From an uncultured Pelagibacteraceae bacterium (GTDB taxonomy: Bacteria > Pseudomonadota > Alphaproteobacteria > Pelagibacterales > Pelagibacteraceae), in NCBI GenBank assembly GCA_902580945.1, contig CACHML010000006.1, positions 16,943-80,942 on the forward strand: a DNA stretch of 64,000 nt. The letters run 5' to 3'. This document shows, one piece after another, positions 11,519 through 21,480 of the stretch. The notes under the pieces are model-generated. The model did no database searches. It had not been told where the DNA came from and saw only the letters and a list, made by a program, of their open reading frames with translations. Numbering within the stretch: position 1 is the stretch's first letter; each line of letters starts with the position of its first letter. The translations under genes and the position numbers were made by a program.

Positions 11519-12086
11519 TTAAAAATTTCTCAATGGCTTTTGGGTAAATTTCATGTTCAATCTTAAGTACCTTTTTTTCTAAACTTTTAATGTTATCTTT
11601 TTTTAAAATTTTTACTTTTTTTTGTAAAATAATTTTACCTGAATCTAGTTTTTGATTAACTTTATGAACCGAAGCCCCTGCAAATTTATCGTTATTTCTA
11701 AGAGCTTTTAAATGTGTATTTAATCCTTTATACTTTGGTAATAATGAGGGATGAATATTCAATATTGGTTTAGAAAATTTTCTAATAAAAGAATATGATA
11801 GTATTTTCATAAATCCTGCTAAACAAAGTAAATCTAAATTTTGCTGTTTTAGTAATTTTAATGAACGATTTTCAAAATAAGATTTACTTCTATATTTAAT
11901 CCCAAAGTTTTTAATGTTTGATTTTGTTGCATATTTTAATCCATCAGCCTTTGTATTATTTGAAATGACAAGTATAATTTTAAACAAAGATTTTTTTTTT
12001 TTTGAATATTTTATTAACGACTTTAAGTTACTGCCTCTACCACTAATAAAGATAGCAATATTTTTTTTACCAAGATATTTTTCCAC
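11508..12086 (-). CDS. purN: phosphoribosylglycinamide formyltransferase
   Basis: ISGRGSNL, LAGFMKIL, NIHPSLLPKYKG and D-x-G PurN motifs. Overlaps purM by 20 nt. Confidence 0.9.
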   Translation of the reverse strand: MEKYLGKKNIAIFISGRGSNLKSLIKYSKKKKSLFKIILVISNNTKADGLKYATKSNIKNFGIKYRSKSYFENRSLKLLKQQNLDLLCLAGFMKILSYSFIRKFSKPILNIHPSLLPKYKGLNTHLKALRNNDKFAGASVHKVNQKLDSGKIILQKKVKILKKDNIKSLEKKVLKIEHEIYPKAIEKFLTSL

Positions 12087-13089
12087 TTAATCTTACTTTT
12101 TTTGAATTTTTAATGATCTTTCCAATTATGTAAGGTTTAAACTCTTTACTAAAATATTTACAAATTGAACTAAAATTTTTACGATTTGTTATTAAACAAA
12201 AACCCACACCACAATTAAAAGTTTTTATCATTTCTTTTTCACTAATACCCATACTATATAACCACCGAAAAATTCTCAAAGTTTGGATATTATTTAAATT
12301 TATTTCTGCGCATAAATTTTTTGGAATAATTCTTTTAATATTATCTATTAAACCTCCACCTGTTATATTTGCACATCCATTAATTAGATTTTTGTCATTA
12401 ATTTTAGATAATTCTTTTACATAAATTTTGGTTGGTTTAATTAATTCCTTTTTAAGAAATTTATTCGTTTTAAAATTTATTTTCTTTTTTTTTAAGAGGT
12501 ATCTTACTAATGAAAAACCATTTGAATGAAGCCCATTAGAGGGTATTGCTAAAATAATATCATCATATTTTATTTTTCTATTAAGTATTTTATTTTTTTC
12601 TACTAGGCCGACAGAAAATCCTGCAATATCAAATTTACCCTTTGAATATGTGCCTGGCATTTCTGCAGTTTCACCACCAACTAACTTACAATCGGCAATA
12701 TCGCAACCTTTAACAATACCCTTAACTAGATCTTTTAATTTTCTTAAATCTATTTTGCTTATTGAAATATAGTCTAAAAATAAATAAGGGATTGCTCCTT
12801 GAACTACTAAATCATTTACACACATTGCAACAAGATCAATTCCTATTGTATCAAATTTATTAAGATCGTTTGCAATTTCAATTTTTGTACCAACTCCATC
12901 AGTACTGGTTACAATATGCGGTTTTTTAAACTTACTGGGTATAGGAGAGATTGCTCCAAAACCTCCAATATTCCTAAAATCACCACTTTTGCTTGATTTT
13001 CTAGATATTGAGCTTATGAACCTAACGAAATTATCTGCTTTGGGAATATTAACTCCGCTCCTGGTGTATGTTAACTTATTTGATGTCAT
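12067..13089 (-). CDS. purM: phosphoribosylformylglycinamidine cyclo-ligase (AIR synthetase)
   Basis: TYTRSGVNI, TDGVGTK, DLVAMCVNDL, GGETAEMPG and HSNGFSL motifs. Confidence 0.95.
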   Translation of the reverse strand: MTSNKLTYTRSGVNIPKADNFVRFISSISRKSSKSGDFRNIGGFGAISPIPSKFKKPHIVTSTDGVGTKIEIANDLNKFDTIGIDLVAMCVNDLVVQGAIPYLFLDYISISKIDLRKLKDLVKGIVKGCDIADCKLVGGETAEMPGTYSKGKFDIAGFSVGLVEKNKILNRKIKYDDIILAIPSNGLHSNGFSLVRYLLKKKKINFKTNKFLKKELIKPTKIYVKELSKINDKNLINGCANITGGGLIDNIKRIIPKNLCAEINLNNIQTLRIFRWLYSMGISEKEMIKTFNCGVGFCLITNRKNFSSICKYFSKEFKPYIIGKIIKNSKKVRLSGKISW

Positions 13090-13100
13090 ATAACAAAGTT

Positions 13101-14177
13101 ATGCTTTTTGTTAAAAAAAAAAAATTAAATTACTTATATATATTTTTTGTAATTTTAAACTTTATTTTTATAGAGTTTTCCACAAGCAAAGCTAAAGCAA
13201 AAACTTTTGTTATTTCAAAAATTGAAGTTGAAGAAAAATACAATCTAAACTTTAACAAACAAAAAGTAATAGACCGCGGTTTTAATAATGCATTTATAGA
13301 TCTTTCTCAAATGATACTTGAGGAAAAAGACTTAAATAAAATTCAAAGTACATCAATAGATGATATTAAAAAATTGGTAGATAGTTTTTCAATATTAGAT
13401 GAAAAATTTATAGATCAAAAATATAAAACTATTATAGAGGTCGAATTTGACAGACAAAAATTAATTAAGTTTTTAAGTTCAAAAAATATAACTCTTTCAA
13501 TTCCTAAAAAAATAGATGTTTTATTTCTTCCAGTGTTGGTTGACTCAGAAACAAATAGTTTTAGTTATATAAATGATAATATTATTGCAACTAATTGGAA
13601 AAACATTAAGAAAAATTATTTTCAAATTAACTATATTTTGCCAAATGAAGATGCTGAAGATTATTTAACTTTAAAAAATAATTTCAAAAATATCGAAAAT
13701 TTTAATTTTACTAAAATTTTGAAAAAATATAATTTTGAAAACTATATAATTTTAATAATTTTTAAAAATAAAAATGATATTAAATTTTTCTCAAAAATTA
13801 ATTTTGATGATAAATTCTTCATACTAAACAAAAAATTTATTAATAAAAATATAGAAAATAATTCAGATTTAAGCTTAATGATTCTTAATTTAAAAAAAAT
13901 TTTTGAAGATAATTGGAAGACTGTTAATAAAATGAGTCCATCTACATCTGTACCAATTAGACTTTCTATAGACTCTTCAGATATAAAAAAATCAATTAAG
14001 TTGGAAAATACTTTGTCAAATCTGGATTTTGTTAGTAGTTATGAAATTGAGAAGTTTGATAATAATGAAATTGTATATAAAATTTATTATAGCAGTAGTC
14101 CAAAAAAATTTTTAAAAGATATTCTATCTTATGATATAAATGTCGATATCTCTTCAACAAATTGGAAAGTAAAATGA
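13101..14177 (+). CDS. secreted hypothetical protein (possibly DUF2066-like)
   Basis: ATG at 13101 starts a lysine-rich n-region plus hydrophobic signal peptide ending AKAKT. The earlier starts in the tracked ORF (13068, and the in-frame ATG at 13083) would overlap the purM start at 13089. The family call comes from recalled purM/hda neighbourhoods in alphaproteobacteria, not from a motif. Confidence 0.5.
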   Translation: MLFVKKKKLNYLYIFFVILNFIFIEFSTSKAKAKTFVISKIEVEEKYNLNFNKQKVIDRGFNNAFIDLSQMILEEKDLNKIQSTSIDDIKKLVDSFSILDEKFIDQKYKTIIEVEFDRQKLIKFLSSKNITLSIPKKIDVLFLPVLVDSETNSFSYINDNIIATNWKNIKKNYFQINYILPNEDAEDYLTLKNNFKNIENFNFTKILKKYNFENYIILIIFKNKNDIKFFSKINFDDKFFILNKKFINKNIENNSDLSLMILNLKKIFEDNWKTVNKMSPSTSVPIRLSIDSSDIKKSIKLENTLSNLDFVSSYEIEKFDNNEIVYKIYYSSSPKKFLKDILSYDINVDISSTNWKVK

Positions 14178-14830
14178 GTAATTTAAATCAATTACTTTTA
14201 AATTTAAATTTTAAAACTAATTTTAATGAACACGATTTTTATGTGTCAAAAAGCAATTCAAATGCCTTTAATCTAATTGATAGATGGCCTGATTGGGAAA
14301 AAAAAATATTAAATATATCAGGAGAAAAATTTTCAGGGAAAAGTCACTTAGCAAATATTTTTAAGTTAAAATCTAAAGCATTATTGATAAAAGGAAAAAA
14401 TATTGACAACAATATTTTTAAAAGTCTTAAATTATATGAATGTGTAATAATTGATGATTTTGAAGAATGTAAAGAAGAACAGATACTCTACTCAATTTTT
14501 AATTTAATAGATCAAGATAGTAAATATTTGTTAATAAATTCGTTAAAACCAATAAATAAAATTAAATTCTATTTACCTGATCTAGCTTCTAGAGCTAAAA
14601 ACCTTCTTTATGCGGAAATTGAAAATCCAGATGATGAATTACTTTTTGCAATAATATTAAAGAATTTTTCTGATCGTCAGATCAAAATTGAAAAAAAAAT
14701 TATCAATTTCATTATTAGTAGAATTGATAGATCTTATAGAAAAATTGATGAATTTATATATAAGATTGACGAGTTGAGTTTAAAAAAAAAAAAACCAATT
14801 AATTTAAAGATAATAAAAGAGATTTTATAA
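14174..14830 (+). CDS. hda: DnaA-related regulatory inactivator Hda
   Basis: ATG at 14174 overlaps the upstream stop (ATGA). N-terminal QLLLNL resembles a beta-clamp-binding motif. Degenerate AAA+ core (GEKFSGKSHL, IIDDFE), about 220 aa. Confidence 0.7.
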   Translation: MSNLNQLLLNLNFKTNFNEHDFYVSKSNSNAFNLIDRWPDWEKKILNISGEKFSGKSHLANIFKLKSKALLIKGKNIDNNIFKSLKLYECVIIDDFEECKEEQILYSIFNLIDQDSKYLLINSLKPINKIKFYLPDLASRAKNLLYAEIENPDDELLFAIILKNFSDRQIKIEKKIINFIISRIDRSYRKIDEFIYKIDELSLKKKKPINLKIIKEIL

Positions 14831-14831
14831 A

Positions 14832-16616
14832 TTGAATAAATATAGAACCCATACTTGCGGAGAATTAAATAAGTCACATACAGGCAAAGAAATCTCCTTA
14901 TCTGGATGGATAAACAAAAAAAGAGACCATGGAAATCTTTTATTCATAGATTTAAGAGATAACTACGGAATTACACAATGTGTTGTTGATAAAAATAACG
15001 AAATATTTAAGAAAATTGAAAAACTTTCACTAGAAACTGTAATTAAAATATCAGGAGTTGTCATTAAAAGATTAGATGAAACAATAAATAAGAATATTTC
15101 AACTGGAGAAATAGAAGTAAAAATTAAAAATATATATATTTTGGGTGAAACCAAGGAATTGCCAATGCCAATTTTTTCTGATCAGGAGTATGCTGAAGAA
15201 ATAAGGCTCAAATATAGATTCTTAGACTTAAGAAGAAAAAAAATACATAAAAATATTATCTTACGATCAAAAGTAATCTCTTTTATTAGAAATGAGATGC
15301 AAAATCTAGGTTTTTTAGAATTTCAAACTCCAATATTAACTTCATCTAGCCCAGAGGGCGCAAGAGATTTTCTTGTTCCAAGTAGATTAAATCCAGGGAA
15401 ATTTTATGCGTTACCACAAGCCCCTCAACAATTTAAACAACTTATTATGGTTTCTGGTTTTGACAAATATTTTCAAATAGCGCCGTGTTTTAGAGATGAA
15501 GATGCAAGAGCAGATAGAAGTCCTGGAGAATTTTACCAGTTAGACATAGAAATGTCTTTTGTAGACCAAGAGGATATTTTTGAAGTTATTGAAACATTGT
15601 TTTTAAAATTATTTAAAAAATTTAGTAATAAAAAAATTCTTCACGAAAAGTTTCCAAAGATAAGTTTTGATGAAGCCATGCTTAAATATGGTTCAGATAA
15701 GCCTGATTTAAGAAATCCATTAGAGATTTCAGATTTAACCAATATTTTTGATAGAGAAGATGTAAAATTTGAAATTTTTAAAAAATTAGTAAAAAATGGC
15801 TCTATAGTAAGGTCTTTGGTAACTAAAAATACAAAAGATAAACCTAGAAGCTTCTTTGACAGCATTGACAAATGGGCAAAAGACCAAGGATCGTCTGGCC
15901 TTGCATATTTTACATTAGAAAATGAAGATAAAGTAAGTGCAAAAGGACCAATTGGAAAATTTTTTTCAGAAGACTCGTTGTTAGAAATAATGAAACAAAC
16001 TAAAGCAAAAGTCGGCGATACAGTATTTCTTTCTTGTGGAAAAAAACATGAAGTAGAGAAAATAATGGGTATTGCAAGAAATAAAATAGCTTTAGATTTG
16101 GATTTAATTGACAATGAATGTTTTTCATTTTGCTGGGTTGTTGATTATCCAATTTTTGAGACTGATGAAATAACTAAAAAAATTAAATTTAGCCATAATC
16201 CTTTTTCTATGCCTCAAGGAGATTTAAAAAAATTAGATCTATCTAATCCTTTAAATCTAAAAGCTTATCAATATGATATAGTATGTAATGGAATAGAGTT
16301 ATCATCGGGCGCTATTAGAAATCATGTACCTCAATTAATGTATAAATTATTTGAAGTGGCAGGATACTCCAAAAATGATGTTAACAATAAATTTAGTGGA
16401 ATGATAAATGCTCTAAGTTATGGAGCTCCACCACACGGAGGAATTGCTCCAGGAATTGATAGAATAGTTATGCTTTTAGCAAATGAAAAAAATATTAGAG
16501 AAGTTACGATGTTTCCTATGAATCAAAATGCTCAAGATTTAATGATGAATGCACCATCAGATATTTCTGATGAGCAATTAAAAGAACTTAATTTAAAAGT
16601 TAAAAAGAAAAATTGA
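14832..16616 (+). CDS. aspS: aspartyl-tRNA synthetase
   Basis: TTG start followed by YRTHTCGEL. Class II motifs FQIAPCFRDED and GGIAPGIDR. Contains the bacterial insertion domain. Confidence 0.95.
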   Translation: MNKYRTHTCGELNKSHTGKEISLSGWINKKRDHGNLLFIDLRDNYGITQCVVDKNNEIFKKIEKLSLETVIKISGVVIKRLDETINKNISTGEIEVKIKNIYILGETKELPMPIFSDQEYAEEIRLKYRFLDLRRKKIHKNIILRSKVISFIRNEMQNLGFLEFQTPILTSSSPEGARDFLVPSRLNPGKFYALPQAPQQFKQLIMVSGFDKYFQIAPCFRDEDARADRSPGEFYQLDIEMSFVDQEDIFEVIETLFLKLFKKFSNKKILHEKFPKISFDEAMLKYGSDKPDLRNPLEISDLTNIFDREDVKFEIFKKLVKNGSIVRSLVTKNTKDKPRSFFDSIDKWAKDQGSSGLAYFTLENEDKVSAKGPIGKFFSEDSLLEIMKQTKAKVGDTVFLSCGKKHEVEKIMGIARNKIALDLDLIDNECFSFCWVVDYPIFETDEITKKIKFSHNPFSMPQGDLKKLDLSNPLNLKAYQYDIVCNGIELSSGAIRNHVPQLMYKLFEVAGYSKNDVNNKFSGMINALSYGAPPHGGIAPGIDRIVMLLANEKNIREVTMFPMNQNAQDLMMNAPSDISDEQLKELNLKVKKKN

Positions 16617-17438
16617 TTATTTTTTTCCTTTAAGATTTATTCTTATATCTGACAAATCAACAAATTTTTTCTTATAGTTACTTCTCACAAAACCTTTACT
16701 AGTAATGTCTTTTACCAATTTTAAGAATTGAGTTTTGTCTTCACCATTTTCGTCAGTTACAGACTCATCCAAAACATCCGACCCACCAATTGATGGAGTA
16801 TGTGCCAAGTCTTCTCTATTTAAATATGATATTGCTAGCTCTCTAAATATATAATCTAAAATTGATGTAGCACTTAATATTCTATCATTTCCAAATACTT
16901 TTCCTGATGGTTCAAATTTAGTATCTACAAATGCATTTACAAATTCATCTAAAGGTACCCCATATTGTAATCCGAGAGAAACTGCTATAGCAAAATTATT
17001 CATTGTAGCTTTAACAAGTTCCCCTTCTTTGCTTGTATCTATAAATATTTCTCCTATCTTGCCATCCTCATATTCACCCGTATGAAGATAAACTTTATGG
17101 TCTCCAATAGAGGCTTTTTGGATGTATCCCTTTCTTCTATCAGGCATACTAAATCTTCTTCCGTTATTATCTTTTATACTTTTTGACAATGTTTCTTTAT
17201 TTATTTTTAAACTATTATTTTGAGGTTGCGGGTGATCCTTATCTACAACATTTATCTCATTTTTTTTAACTTTTTCTAAATTTTTAGTTTTTCTGTTGTC
17301 CATTTTTACGTCTAGCACTTCAAATTTACCATCATCTCTTTTCTCAATATTTTGCATATTTTTCTCATCAATATTGTCTAGATAGTGACTTACTTTAAAA
17401 CTGCATGTGTAATATGTTTCAACTAAAAATTTTGCCAT
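16617..17438 (-). CDS. stand-alone protein homologous to the C-terminal domain of class II (B12-dependent) ribonucleotide reductase, TSCPD-like but cysteine-less
   Basis: Residues ~95-215 ([12 protein letters not shown]...[11 protein letters not shown]...[13 protein letters not shown]...TKFEPSG...ILDYIFREL) match my recollection of the NrdJ C-terminal block. The N-terminal ~90 aa are charged and unrelated to it. Confidence 0.6.
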   Translation of the reverse strand: MAKFLVETYYTCSFKVSHYLDNIDEKNMQNIEKRDDGKFEVLDVKMDNRKTKNLEKVKKNEINVVDKDHPQPQNNSLKINKETLSKSIKDNNGRRFSMPDRRKGYIQKASIGDHKVYLHTGEYEDGKIGEIFIDTSKEGELVKATMNNFAIAVSLGLQYGVPLDEFVNAFVDTKFEPSGKVFGNDRILSATSILDYIFRELAISYLNREDLAHTPSIGGSDVLDESVTDENGEDKTQFLKLVKDITSKGFVRSNYKKKFVDLSDIRINLKGKK

Positions 17439-17553
17439 TTAATTTCCTTATTTATTTATAAAATTGAATCTTAAAGATATAAGGTATATAGAAATTTAAA
17501 ATTTTAGTCTAATTTAATTTTTACAATTTTAAATTGAAAATAAATAAACTTTT

Positions 17554-17910
17554 ATGTTGACAATATTAAAGCAAATTTTCACTTGGTGGAATCAACAAAC
17601 TTTTGGAACAAGAATACAAATATTATTTTCTGGAAAACTAGTTGGTTCAGATAAAAATGGTAATAAATATTATGAGAGCAAATCAGGAAGAAGATGGGTG
17701 ATTTATAATGGAGAGGTTGAGGCATCAAAAATTCCAAATGAATGGTACTCATGGATGCATTATATAAATAACAAAATAGAAAACGAACATAATCTAAAAA
17801 AATATGATTGGCAAAAAGAGCATTTGCCCAATCAAACAGGGCTAAAAAGTTCTTACCATCCTAAAAAATATAATAATGCAAAAAAAAAATATAAAAGTTG
17901 GAAAAGCTAA
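17554..17910 (+). CDS. NADH:ubiquinone oxidoreductase subunit NDUFA12 family protein
   Basis: WWNQQTFGT...GSDKNGNKYYE...RRWVIYNG...IPNEWYSWMH pattern of the B17.2/NDUFA12 family. Confidence 0.8.
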   Translation: MLTILKQIFTWWNQQTFGTRIQILFSGKLVGSDKNGNKYYESKSGRRWVIYNGEVEASKIPNEWYSWMHYINNKIENEHNLKKYDWQKEHLPNQTGLKSSYHPKKYNNAKKKYKSWKS

Positions 17911-18277
17911 TTCTTTATTATTGGCATTTTTTTTTATTTTAATAACGAGTAATACATTTGCTGAAACATTTGAAAAAAGTGAGACAATTGCTGAATTAAG
18001 TGTTCTTGATAAAGTTAGTTCAAAAAATTCAAATATTACAGTTTCTATTGGAGAAGAATTTAAATTTCAAAATTTAATTATAAAAGTTTTAAGATGCTAT
18101 AATTCAAAGTTTGATGATGACCCAGAGGTCACTGCATATATGCAAGTGACTGATAAAACGATGAATAATAATGATAAAGTATTTGTATTTAATGACTGGA
18201 CATTTGCTTCAAGTCCATCGATAAGACCATTCGACCATCCTGTATATGACGTTTGGCTGAAAAAATGCTACAGTTAG
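17876..18277 (+). CDS. secreted DUF2155-like protein
   Basis: Signal peptide (LLLAFFFILITSNTFA). Usual alphaproteobacterial partner downstream of NDUFA12. 35-nt overlap with the upstream gene. Confidence 0.55.
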   Translation: MQKKNIKVGKANSLLLAFFFILITSNTFAETFEKSETIAELSVLDKVSSKNSNITVSIGEEFKFQNLIIKVLRCYNSKFDDDPEVTAYMQVTDKTMNNNDKVFVFNDWTFASSPSIRPFDHPVYDVWLKKCYS

Positions 18278-19611
18278 ATAATTTTTTCTTTATCAAGCCA
18301 ACTAACATTAAAGTCAGATTCTAAAAATTTTTTATTATTGAGCAATATTTTGTGAAGTTTAATGGTAGTTGTAATACCTTCAATAACAAATTCATCAAGC
18401 GATCGTAACATTCTTTGAATTGCTTCTTCTCTATTTCTTCCATGTGTTATGACTTTACAGATCATACTATCATAATAAGGTGTGATTTTATAACCTTGAT
18501 ATATAGAACCATCAACTCTGGTTCTAAAGCCTGATGGTTGATGACACATATCTATTCTGCCAGGCGATGGTTGAAAGTTCTTCGCTGGATCTTCGGCATT
18601 AATCCTGCATTCAATTGCATGACCTCTTGGATTTATGTCTGTTTGTTTTAAAGCTGTATCACCTGAATATGCTATCCATATTTGTTCTTTGATTATGTCA
18701 ATACCAGTTACCATTTCTGTGACCGGATGTTCTACTTGAACTCTAGTATTCATTTCTAGAAAATAAAATTTTCCATCCTCATATATGAATTCTACTGTTC
18801 CAGCTCCCTCATAACCAATTTTACTTACCATACTAACGGTTTTTTCAAACAAATCTTTTCTAATATTATCGTTTAAAACAGGACTAGGAGTCTCTTCTAT
18901 TAGTTTTTGATGTCTTCTTTGAACTGAACAATCTCTCTCATGCAAGTGAACTGTTCTATTTTTACCCGAAAGAACCTGAACTTCTATATGTCTGGGGTTC
19001 TGAAAGAATTTTTCGATATAAACTTCATCGTTATTAAAAAACTTTTTTGCTTCTTGTTTTGCCGTTAAAAATAGATTTTCAAATTCTTCTATTTTGTTTA
19101 CAATTTTCATTCCTTTTCCACCGCCACCACCTGATGCTTTTATTAAAACCGGAAAACCTATTTTCTCACATACTCTTTTTGCCTCATTAATATCTTTTAT
19201 ACCCCCGTCAGATCCTTCAATGACTGGTAGTCCATATTCTTTTGCAACTTTTTTAGCTTCAATTTTGTCCCCCATCATTTTAATTAAATTTGAAGGGGGA
19301 CCAATAAATTTAATTTTGTTATCTTCTAATATTTTTGCAAATTCAAAATTTTCAGATAAAAAACCATATCCAGGATGAACTGCCTCAGATCCTGTTAATT
19401 CAATAGCTGACATTATTGCAGGAATATTTAAATAACTAAGATTAGGTTGGTGTGGTCCAACACAAATACTTTCATCAGCCAATCTTACATGCATGCTGTC
19501 TCTATCAACATCAGAATGTATTGCAACTGTAGAAATTCCCCATTCTTTACATGCTCTAATTATCCTTACTGCTATTTCACCTCTATTAGCTATGAGTATT
19601 TTCTTAAACAT
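18274..19611 (-). CDS. accC: acetyl-CoA carboxylase biotin carboxylase subunit
   Basis: KILIANRGEIA start, ATP-grasp GGGGKGM, EMNTRVQVEHPVTE. Confidence 0.95.
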   Translation of the reverse strand: MFKKILIANRGEIAVRIIRACKEWGISTVAIHSDVDRDSMHVRLADESICVGPHQPNLSYLNIPAIMSAIELTGSEAVHPGYGFLSENFEFAKILEDNKIKFIGPPSNLIKMMGDKIEAKKVAKEYGLPVIEGSDGGIKDINEAKRVCEKIGFPVLIKASGGGGGKGMKIVNKIEEFENLFLTAKQEAKKFFNNDEVYIEKFFQNPRHIEVQVLSGKNRTVHLHERDCSVQRRHQKLIEETPSPVLNDNIRKDLFEKTVSMVSKIGYEGAGTVEFIYEDGKFYFLEMNTRVQVEHPVTEMVTGIDIIKEQIWIAYSGDTALKQTDINPRGHAIECRINAEDPAKNFQPSPGRIDMCHQPSGFRTRVDGSIYQGYKITPYYDSMICKVITHGRNREEAIQRMLRSLDEFVIEGITTTIKLHKILLNNKKFLESDFNVSWLDKEKII

Positions 19612-19616
19612 TAATT

Positions 19617-20039
19617 TTAATCTAGAATTGCGATAACTTGACCAAACTCAACCGGTTGTCCGTCTTCGACACTAATTTCTTTTACTATACCATCGACTGG
19701 ACTTGGCACATGATTCATAGTTTTCATCGCTTCAACAATCATAACTGTATCACCTTTTCTGATTTTTTGACCAACCTCGATGAATCTTTTACCTCCAGGC
19801 TCTGGCGCTAGATAAGCTGTACCAATTATTGGTGAGGTTATTTTTCTATAGTTATCAGCTGAAATTTTTTCTTTTTTAACTTTGTTTTCATCAACTAGAA
19901 TTGTAGGTTCAATATTTTTTGATACTGTAGATTTAGAGACTTTAACCTTAACATCTTTATCTGTGTACTCTATTTCAGTAAGATTAAATTCCTCTAAATA
20001 GTCATTTAATTCTTTTATAATATTTTTATTAATCTTCAT
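19617..20039 (-). CDS. accB: biotin carboxyl carrier protein
   Basis: VEAMKTMN biotinylation motif near the C-terminus. Immediately upstream of accC. Confidence 0.9.
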   Translation of the reverse strand: MKINKNIIKELNDYLEEFNLTEIEYTDKDVKVKVSKSTVSKNIEPTILVDENKVKKEKISADNYRKITSPIIGTAYLAPEPGGKRFIEVGQKIRKGDTVMIVEAMKTMNHVPSPVDGIVKEISVEDGQPVEFGQVIAILD

Positions 20040-20472
20040 TTTTTAACATTTCATGCATAGAATTTATGGCTAAAATATAGCCATTTATTCCTAATCCGCA
20101 AATTATACCAGTAGCAACTGCGCTTATAAGGGACTTATGTCTAAAATCCTCTCTTTTGTATATGTTCGATATATGAACTTCAATAATAGGTTTTTTAAAA
20201 ATACTTAAAGCATCTCTTATAGCTACTGATGTATGGCTGTATCCAGCGGCATTTATAATAATTCCATCATGCGTTTTACGAGCATCTTGAATAATGTTTA
20301 CCAAATCTCCTTCAATATTTGATTGCTTGATTTTTAGATCGATTTTTAAATCTTTTGCCTTTTTTTCACAAATTTCCTGAAGATATTTATAGTTCTTGCT
20401 ACCATATTGGGTTTGTTCTCTTTCACCTAATAGATTAAGATTAGGACCATTAATAATTAATATTTTACTCAT
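20029..20472 (-). CDS. aroQ: type II 3-dehydroquinate dehydratase
   Basis: ILIINGPNLNLLGEREQTQYG and HISNIYKREDFR motifs. aroQ-accB-accC order is widely conserved. Confidence 0.9.
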   Translation of the reverse strand: MSKILIINGPNLNLLGEREQTQYGSKNYKYLQEICEKKAKDLKIDLKIKQSNIEGDLVNIIQDARKTHDGIIINAAGYSHTSVAIRDALSIFKKPIIEVHISNIYKREDFRHKSLISAVATGIICGLGINGYILAINSMHEMLKNED

Positions 20473-20488
20473 TCAAAACTTATAGTAT

Positions 20489-20707
20489 ATGAACAAAAAA
20501 AATAAAATAAAAATAGTTGTAAATGGCAAACATTTGACAGTAAACCTAAAATATTCTTTAAAAAATCTAATCGAAAAGTTAAAAACATCATCTGATAAAA
20601 TAGCAATAGAATTAAACGAAGAGATAGTAGATAAAAAAAAAATAAATAAAATATTTTTAAAAAATAAAGATAAAATCGAAATTGTTCATTTTATAGGTGG
20701 TGGCTAA
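20489..20707 (+). CDS. thiS: sulfur-carrier protein ThiS
   Basis: 72 aa ending in GG. Stop overlaps the thiG start by 1 nt. Confidence 0.8.
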   Translation: MNKKNKIKIVVNGKHLTVNLKYSLKNLIEKLKTSSDKIAIELNEEIVDKKKINKIFLKNKDKIEIVHFIGGG

Positions 20708-21480
20708 TGGAATCAGATCTTTTAAAGATTGCAAATAAAAAATTCAAATCTAGACTCATAGTAGGAACTGGTAAATATAAAAATATGAAAGAATGTGCAC
20801 AGGCAATTAAATTGTCTGGTGCAGAAATTGTTACAGTTGCTGTGAGACGAGTCAATATAACAGATCGATCTAAACCTATATTAATGGATTATATCGACCC
20901 AAAAAAAATAATGTATTTACCAAATACGGCTGGATGTTTTACTTCAAAAGATGCATTAAGAACGTTAAGACTCGCAAGAGAAATAGGAGGATGGAAAATA
21001 GTAAAACTTGAGGTCTTGGGAGATAAAAATAATTTATTTCCTGACATGATTGAAACTTTAAAATCCACAGAGGTTTTGACAAAAGAAGGATTTAAAGTAA
21101 TGGTTTATTGCAATGATGATCCACTAATGTGTAAAAGATTAGAAAATTCTGGAGCTTCAGCTATTATGCCATTGGCTGCACCAATCGGATCTGGTTTAGG
21201 GATTCAAAATAAAATAAATATTAAAATTTTGAGAAATCAAACAAAAGTTCCTTTAATAATTGATGCTGGAATAGGACAGGCATCTGATGCTGTGCAAGCT
21301 ATGGAAATGGGATGTGATGCGGTATTAATTAATACTGCTATAGCAAAGGCTAAAAATCCATTCCAGATGAGTGAGTCAATGAAATATGCTGTAATAGCTG
21401 GAAGAAAATCTTTTTTATCGGGAAGAATGACTCCTAATCTTAATGGTTCTCCTTCTACATCAAAAAAAGGGTTAATTTAG
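20707..21480 (+). CDS. thiG: thiazole synthase
   Basis: RLIVGTGKY, VTVAVRR, KLEV, PIGSGLG and DAGIG motifs. Confidence 0.95.
   Translation: MESDLLKIANKKFKSRLIVGTGKYKNMKECAQAIKLSGAEIVTVAVRRVNITDRSKPILMDYIDPKKIMYLPNTAGCFTSKDALRTLRLAREIGGWKIVKLEVLGDKNNLFPDMIETLKSTEVLTKEGFKVMVYCNDDPLMCKRLENSGASAIMPLAAPIGSGLGIQNKINIKILRNQTKVPLIIDAGIGQASDAVQAMEMGCDAVLINTAIAKAKNPFQMSESMKYAVIAGRKSFLSGRMTPNLNGSPSTSKKGLI

Noticed and set aside
15641-16114. 157-aa antisense ORF inside aspS. Similar antisense ORFs lie at 42817-43242 (in iolG), 22004-22339 (in rne), 48744-49082 (in the KPR-like gene) and 19094-19378 (in accC).
   Set aside because: All are nested opposite well-supported conserved genes, lack domains and give hydrophobic low-complexity translations. 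Treated as non-coding.
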